From Candidatus Krumholzibacteriota bacterium (GTDB lineage: Bacteria > Krumholzibacteriota > Krumholzibacteriia > LZORAL124-64-63): 10,770 nt of DNA. Below, piece by piece: positions 5,898 through 10,770 of this stretch. The stretch spans positions 1-10,770 of the forward strand of contig JBDLKA010000116.1 in assembly GCA_039714075.1 (NCBI GenBank), read 5' to 3'. A program made the position numbers and the translations under genes. The notes beneath the pieces are model-generated. The model made no database searches. It had not been told where the DNA came from and was given only the letters and a program-made list of their open reading frames with translations. Each line of letters begins with the position of its first letter. The stretch's first letter is position 1.

Positions 5898-6293
5898 TCA
5901 GGCTCCGAAAAAATTACCCAGGCCCAGGTCGTCGGCATCCTCGCCGAAGGAAACCACGTCCTCGCCGTCCAGGACAAAGGTGGCGTTTTTGCCGTAGATC
6001 CGGCTGAACTCAACGCGCCGGGTTTCGCGGCCGGGGGCGGTCATCCGCAGTTCGGCGAGTTGGCTGTTGGACTTCGAGGTCAGGTCCTCGGTGCAGACCG
6101 GGCAGGAGAACCTGATCTTGCTGCCCGGGGTAAGATTCCGTTCCACGGATTTGTCGCAGATGAACTTGTAGTTTCCGGGCTGAGGACTGAGCAGGATCAT
6201 GCCCTTTTTCTTGCGGTAGCTGATGACCAGCAGGATTTTCACGCTGGGATTCAGGACAGCCTGGCAGTGGGGGCACGTGAAGACGTTTTTCAT
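5898..6293 (-). CDS. Hypothetical cytoplasmic protein with two CxxC motifs (probable Zn-binding)
   Basis: MKNVFTCPHC...FSCPVC; GAGG RBS before the ATG pair at 6296/6293; GC-biased codon usage. Confidence 0.8.
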   Translation of the reverse strand: MKNVFTCPHCQAVLNPSVKILLVISYRKKKGMILLSPQPGNYKFICDKSVERNLTPGSKIRFSCPVCTEDLTSKSNSQLAELRMTAPGRETRRVEFSRIYGKNATFVLDGEDVVSFGEDADDLGLGNFFGA

Positions 6294-6531
6294 CATCCTA
6301 CCTCTGTGTTTTTGCACGCGTTTTGGTACGAACAGCTCAGTCGGTTCCCGGTGACACGCCGCCGTCTTTGTCCTTCTCTCCGCCGGAGAGAAGCCCCCAC
6401 CCGAAAACGGCTCCGAACAGAACCATCAGCAGGGGGTTGGAGGTGATGTTTCAACCACCGCCCCGGCAGGTAATCCATTTGTTGATTCCGTATCCGGCCG
6501 CCCCACCCAGCACGGGTCCGGCCACCATCCG

Positions 6532-6563
6532 CAAGCGCATCCAGTTCAAGCGCATCCAGTTCA
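6532..6563. repeat. 15-bp perfect tandem duplication in an intergenic region
   Basis: CAAGCGCATCCAGTT twice (6532-6546, 6547-6561) plus CA; a degenerate CATCCGGTTC follows. Confidence 0.85.
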
Positions 6564-6736
6564 TCCGGTTCTCTCCATTATGGCATCCGCGGGCGGGCCG
6601 CGGTGAAAAAACTCGTCCTACTCACAATTATCCCGAAGTTGAGGGCGATCCGCAAGAGGGTGATGGACCCCGGAGCGATCTGATTGTAGGTTTTTTCGGG
6701 ACAGGCATACGAAGATCAAGGGATTGGTGAGGGCAC

Positions 6737-7600
6737 ATGAAGATGAAAATCCTGGGCTGTCTGGGCGGTCTGCTGCTGATTCTGGGTTGCGGAGTCCCCG
6801 AACACGGGGACAGCAAGGCGATCGACCGTGCCGCGATGCGCGCGGAAGCGGCGCCGAGAATCATGCCGGCGGAGCGGGAAGATCAGCTGCTCCGGGAGGA
6901 AAAAGACCTGCCGACCGCGGTCAGGATCGGCCGGTGGGCCCGGCGCTACCGGGACGGCGAAGGGATCGAATACCGCTTCGGACTGGCGGAGGGCGGTTAC
7001 GTGAAAGAGGGCGATCTGGTCCGCGACGACCGGCAGGACTGTGTCAGCCTGATGTACCGGGTGACCGAACTGGCGCGGGCGGAATCCCCCCGGGACGCGG
7101 TGGCCTGGGCCCTGCGCACCCGGTTTGCCGGCGCTCCGCTCGACTCGCTGGTCGATGACCGGGGCCGGGTGGACTACGACCGCCCCGAACACCTGGACTA
7201 CAGCCTGGACATGATCCGCTCGGGCCATTGGGGGCGGGACATCACCGGGGAATTGACCGGCGCGGCGCTCGACAGCGCGGGCAGCTCCCGCTATCCGGCC
7301 GGCAGCTTCCGGACCGTTCCCGAATCCGGTCTGGTCGAAGCGGAACTGAAGGAAGGCGACATCGCCTGGCTGATTCTGGATCCCGCCCACGAAGCGGGCG
7401 GCAGGCTGCGCCGCGAATACGGGCTGGTCGTCGGGCACATCGGCATCGTGATAAAGGAAGAAGGCCGACCCTGGCTGGTGCACGCCGCCAGCAGCGGCCT
7501 GGACCGATGGTACGAAGGAGGCACCGTGGTTGCGGTGCCCCTGGCGGTTTATCTGGAGCTGGTGGAGAAGTATTCCGCGGTCATGGTCACCCGGTTCTGA
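6737..7600 (+). CDS. Lipoprotein, DUF1460-like N-acetylmuramoyl-L-alanine amidase (NlpC/P60 papain fold)
   Basis: Lipobox LILG-C; catalytic-type motifs QDCVSLMYRVTELARA, GDIAW, GLVVGHIGIV and WLVHAASS; GAGG RBS. Confidence 0.8.
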   Translation: MKMKILGCLGGLLLILGCGVPEHGDSKAIDRAAMRAEAAPRIMPAEREDQLLREEKDLPTAVRIGRWARRYRDGEGIEYRFGLAEGGYVKEGDLVRDDRQDCVSLMYRVTELARAESPRDAVAWALRTRFAGAPLDSLVDDRGRVDYDRPEHLDYSLDMIRSGHWGRDITGELTGAALDSAGSSRYPAGSFRTVPESGLVEAELKEGDIAWLILDPAHEAGGRLRREYGLVVGHIGIVIKEEGRPWLVHAASSGLDRWYEGGTVVAVPLAVYLELVEKYSAVMVTRF

Positions 7601-7609
7601 CCGGTCCGG

Positions 7610-9754
7610 TCAGGGTGTCAACGTCACGGTAACCGTGTCGGCATGGCTTTCCCCCCCGGCAATAGCCGTGGCGATGATTTCCGTGGAGAAACTGTCCATG
7701 ACCGGGGGCGTGTCCCAGGTCACCGTCCAGTCGTCGGTGAGCGTGGCCGGCAGGGTGGTGGCCGTATCGCTCCAGGCGATGTCCACCGTTACCGATTCCA
7801 CCGGCACGGAGAAGAGATCGGCAAAGGTCCTGACCTGGATTTCCTCCGCGGTGTTTCCATTCACCAGATCCTCGTCCCGATGTGTCACGATCACGACCGG
7901 CGTCCGGACCACGTCGAGGTCGATGGAGGTCACGGCCGTATTGCCGCCGGCAACGGCGGTGGCGGTCATGGTCAAGGTGGTGTCGATGTCCGGAATGGGG
8001 GCGGTCCAATCGGCGGACCAGTTGGAATCACCCGAAACAGCCAGGGTGTCGGTCCCGACATGGACGATGACCTCCTCCAGCGCGGCCACGCCCAGGATTC
8101 CCGACGCGGTGCCGGAGAAACTGTAGGTCCTGTTGGGGGTGAAGGTCTCTCCGGCAACAGGGTTGGTGATGGTCACGGCCATCTGCGTCACCGTCACGGT
8201 AATGGCGGTGGTAACGGTTTCCAGGCTGTCGAGGTCGGTGTGGGCACCGTACCAGGCCTTGGCTCGAAGGGTCAGCTGGGTGTCGGTCGTGAAGAGAGGC
8301 ACATTCCAATCGTGGGACCAGGTGTCGGTCCCGGTGACATCCACGAAACCGTTGCCGTCCCCTCCATCGAACCCCACCAGCGCGACCGAGCCCTCTCCCG
8401 ACCCAACCGTACTTGATCCCCGGACCTGGAAGGAGGTCCCGCCCAGGACAACATCGCCGTCCCGGGGTGCCCAGAAGGAAACTTCCGCGGGTTGGGTGAC
8501 GTGGATCACGTAGTCGGTCAACACCCCGGAGTGGGTCCAGTCGTTGCGGTACTGGACGTGGATGACCTTGTGGCCCGGTGTGGGACTGAGGTTGATTTCG
8601 ATCTCCGGGGCGTAGGTAATCCAGGGGGCGCCGGTGAAATCCGCGCTTTCGGAGTAGCGCATTTCGGTGGCGACGGCGGATGAGGTCCCGGTAACGGTGG
8701 ACTGCTCGGTAATGTGGTCTTCCTCGAGATCCAGACTGAAGGTGACATTTTCCAGCAAATCGGGCACCACCTGGAGTTCGACCTCTTCGTCGAAGCCGAA
8801 ATCACCCCGGAACTGGGCCCGGATGAATTGAGGATTGGCCGAATCGCTCAACTCGTACCCGGTGAAGGTGTCGGCGACGGGGACCCAGGGTGTGGTGGCG
8901 GTGTCGGCCCACTCGGGGAAGAAACGCATGTCCAGCACACCTTCGGTGGGGACCAGCAAGTCGACAGTCCGTTTCGACAAGGTTTCGGTTTCCGAATCGA
9001 CACGGAAACCGGGGTGGAAATAAACCTCGATGGTTTTGGACGAAACCTCCGACTCGTAGCCGTCGGCGAAAGAGACCACGTAGACGGTTCGGGTTTCACC
9101 GTTTCTGGTAGCCGGTCCCAGATCAATACGGACGGTTTTGGGAACATCGGGAGCCTCTGCCGGCACGATCATGAGGGAATCGGTAAAGGTGGGATCCAGC
9201 GCGATGCGCAACTGGTCGCCCTGGTTGACGGTGATATCGAGGTCGGAGAACCGGGTGGCGGTTGTGTTGCCTCCGTTGCTGAGCACCACCCTGGGGCCGA
9301 CGGTAATCGAATCGAGTTGGGCGTAGGAAGTGATCGAGAAGTTGCCTCCGGCGAAGGCCTGGACCCGGAACCAGTGGGTGCTGGTTGGGGGGTCGGGGTT
9401 GGTATAGGGAAGGTTACTGGTGGGAGCCGTGGTATGGTCTTTGGATCCGATTTCGGTCCAGTTGGACTCAAGGTTGTCGGTTCCGCTGATGACGTAATGA
9501 GTCAGTCCCATGTTCTGGGGCTGATTCCAGGTTATCTGAAGGGTGTTGTCTTGGACCGGACTGGCTTCCACCCTCACCTGGAGGGGATCCCCTTCGTCAG
9601 GTCCCGCGGGATCGAACGGGTTCTGGAATTCAGGCTCCGCGGGCGTTTTGTCGCATCCGGGCAGCAGCGAAAAAACCGTCGGGAGGCCGAGGGCCAGGAC
9701 CAGGGCGATGGTCAACAGTCTGCGGGGGATCATGCTCTGCTTGCTCCGTTCCAT
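7610..9754 (-). CDS. Large Thr/Val/Asp-rich lipoprotein with FN3-like and bacterial Ig-like repeats
   Basis: Signal peptide ends in LLPG-C, followed by EPEFQNPFDP. There is an FN3-like segment (LQITWNQP...YVI...WFRVQAF) and three C-terminal W-x-x-x-W Ig-like modules. The ATG at 9754 overlaps the upstream stop (TGATG); an alternative ATG is at 9733. Confidence 0.85.
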   Translation of the reverse strand: MERSKQSMIPRRLLTIALVLALGLPTVFSLLPGCDKTPAEPEFQNPFDPAGPDEGDPLQVRVEASPVQDNTLQITWNQPQNMGLTHYVISGTDNLESNWTEIGSKDHTTAPTSNLPYTNPDPPTSTHWFRVQAFAGGNFSITSYAQLDSITVGPRVVLSNGGNTTATRFSDLDITVNQGDQLRIALDPTFTDSLMIVPAEAPDVPKTVRIDLGPATRNGETRTVYVVSFADGYESEVSSKTIEVYFHPGFRVDSETETLSKRTVDLLVPTEGVLDMRFFPEWADTATTPWVPVADTFTGYELSDSANPQFIRAQFRGDFGFDEEVELQVVPDLLENVTFSLDLEEDHITEQSTVTGTSSAVATEMRYSESADFTGAPWITYAPEIEINLSPTPGHKVIHVQYRNDWTHSGVLTDYVIHVTQPAEVSFWAPRDGDVVLGGTSFQVRGSSTVGSGEGSVALVGFDGGDGNGFVDVTGTDTWSHDWNVPLFTTDTQLTLRAKAWYGAHTDLDSLETVTTAITVTVTQMAVTITNPVAGETFTPNRTYSFSGTASGILGVAALEEVIVHVGTDTLAVSGDSNWSADWTAPIPDIDTTLTMTATAVAGGNTAVTSIDLDVVRTPVVIVTHRDEDLVNGNTAEEIQVRTFADLFSVPVESVTVDIAWSDTATTLPATLTDDWTVTWDTPPVMDSFSTEIIATAIAGGESHADTVTVTLTP

Positions 9755-10503
9755 CAAAACTCCAACCGGACCGAGGCGTGGACGGTGGTCAGGGGATCGG
9801 GACCGGACCAGGGTCCGGGATCCAGGGTGTTCCAGGCTCCGGTGTCCAGCGGCACGGGTCCGGCGCCCGCTTCGACCGCGGGGAAGAACAGGATCGCGTC
9901 CAGCACGCTGATCACGACGGCGCCGCCGGCCACGAGCAGACCCAGGTTGCGCCTGTCCTCCTGGTCAAGCATGTCGTTGTAGGCCTGGTCGGCGGCTTCG
10001 CGGAAGCGGACGATGTCTTCGGCGTTGATGGACGAATCGTACTGTTCCTGCAGATTGAGATAATCCTTCCGCAGATTGCTGCGTTCCAGTTCCGAGACCA
10101 GGGCGACCAGCAGGCCCCCGGCTTCGGCGACGTTGTAGATGTATCCCCTGGTCGATCGGCCCAGATAATGCTGGCCCAGGCCCGCGAACAGCAGGCTGCT
10201 GGTCCAGGCGGTCTTGCGGCTGTAGGGGACCAGGCGCACGACCAGCCGCTGCCAGCTGCTGTCCACCGACAGCTCCAACTCCTGTTCATAGGTTATGTAA
10301 CCGGGAAGTTCGCTCTTGATGGCATATGTCCCGGGGGCCAGATCAAGGGGGCCGTCCAGTGGAAAGAACCCCATGCCCCGGCCGTTGATGGACAGACTGG
10401 CTCCCGGCGGGCCGGTGATTTCCAGGGTGGCGGCGGCGCCGGCGGCGGGAATGATCGCTGCGAGAACGAGGGCGCCCAGTAGTGGCGATATATGCCGGAT
10501 CAT
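9754..10503 (-). CDS. PEGA domain protein with a DUF5683-like membrane region
   Basis: AGGAG RBS before ATG 10503; signal peptide; PEGA motif (LEITGPPGASLSINGRGMGFFPL...LAPGTYAIKSELPGY); SSLLFAGLGQHYLGR motif; C-terminal strand VHASVRLEF. Confidence 0.85.
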   Translation of the reverse strand: MIRHISPLLGALVLAAIIPAAGAAATLEITGPPGASLSINGRGMGFFPLDGPLDLAPGTYAIKSELPGYITYEQELELSVDSSWQRLVVRLVPYSRKTAWTSSLLFAGLGQHYLGRSTRGYIYNVAEAGGLLVALVSELERSNLRKDYLNLQEQYDSSINAEDIVRFREAADQAYNDMLDQEDRRNLGLLVAGGAVVISVLDAILFFPAVEAGAGPVPLDTGAWNTLDPGPWSGPDPLTTVHASVRLEF

Positions 10504-10618
10504 GGATCTCCTGCTGGAAAAATTCAGGGGCCGGTTGATTGCATCCCGGAGCAATTATAGGGCATGTCCCCAATGATTGCCCGAGTAAATGTACTCCCTG
10601 CGGATCTTCCGGTTCCAC

Positions 10619-10770
10619 TTAAAAGGTTCCGGATGATGCGGAACGCCTCCCGTTAATTTTTCCACTCCCCTGTTCATGCCACAGCCGGTGGCAGGACCCG
10701 CAGAGGGTCACCAGGTTTTCCGCTTGGTTGGTTCCCCCATGCTGCCGCGGGTTGATGTGGTGCACTTCAA
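10619..10770 (-). CDS. C-terminal part of an HNH endonuclease-domain protein (enters from the right edge)
   Basis: Manual translation from 10768 gives EVHHINPRQHGGTNQAENLVTLCGSCHRLWHEQGSGKINGRRSASSGTF*, a classic HH-x-P-x-GG-x-N-x-NL-x-LCxxCH signature. Not in the ORF track. Confidence 0.9.
   Translation of the reverse strand, partial: EVHHINPRQHGGTNQAENLVTLCGSCHRLWHEQGSGKINGRRSASSGTF

Noticed and set aside
6415..6465. Fluoride riboswitch-like words on the minus strand (GGCGGTGG...TCACC...GCTGATGG)
   Set aside because: The GAUGG..UUC.CC core and pseudoknot pairing do not fit the consensus; an Infernal search would be needed to rescue it.
6323..6730. 135-aa intergenic ORF (+)
   Set aside because: It has a Pro/Arg-rich, low-information translation with no clear RBS or motif, and it crosses the promoter regions of both flanking genes.
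541..10482. Long antisense or alternative-frame ORFs (e.g. 541..1338, 2955..3950, 2992..4056, 4375..5697, 6716..7483, 8714..9982, 9778..10482)
   Set aside because: They are shadow ORFs expected in high-GC DNA, overlap genes with clear motifs, and show no recognisable domains.

Overview
GC-rich bacterial genomic DNA; the gene styles are reminiscent of FCB-group lineages such as Krumholzibacteria/Latescibacteria (inference only). From left to right: (1) the 5' end of a leftward secreted-protein gene that is missing from the ORF track; (2) an AT-rich divergent intergenic region containing a 202-bp segment bounded by 26-bp perfect inverted repeats (MITE or invertible switch); (3) a secreted Cys/His-rich tandem-repeat protein; (4) an ECF sigma / membrane anti-sigma pair with a candidate autoregulated promoter; (5) an MBL/beta-CASP ribonuclease converging on (6) an octaheme tetrathionate-reductase-family cytochrome c, with a 58-bp inverted repeat between them that copies the 3' end of the cytochrome gene and encloses two hairpins; (7) a small 2x CxxC protein; (8) a DUF1460-like NlpC/P60 amidase lipoprotein; (9) a coupled PEGA/DUF5683-like protein and large Ig-repeat lipoprotein; (10) the 3' end of an HNH endonuclease gene, also missing from the ORF track. 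The most unusual items are the two inverted-repeat-bounded segments, the Cys-rich repeat protein beside the ECF module, and the lipobox inside the anti-sigma factor.
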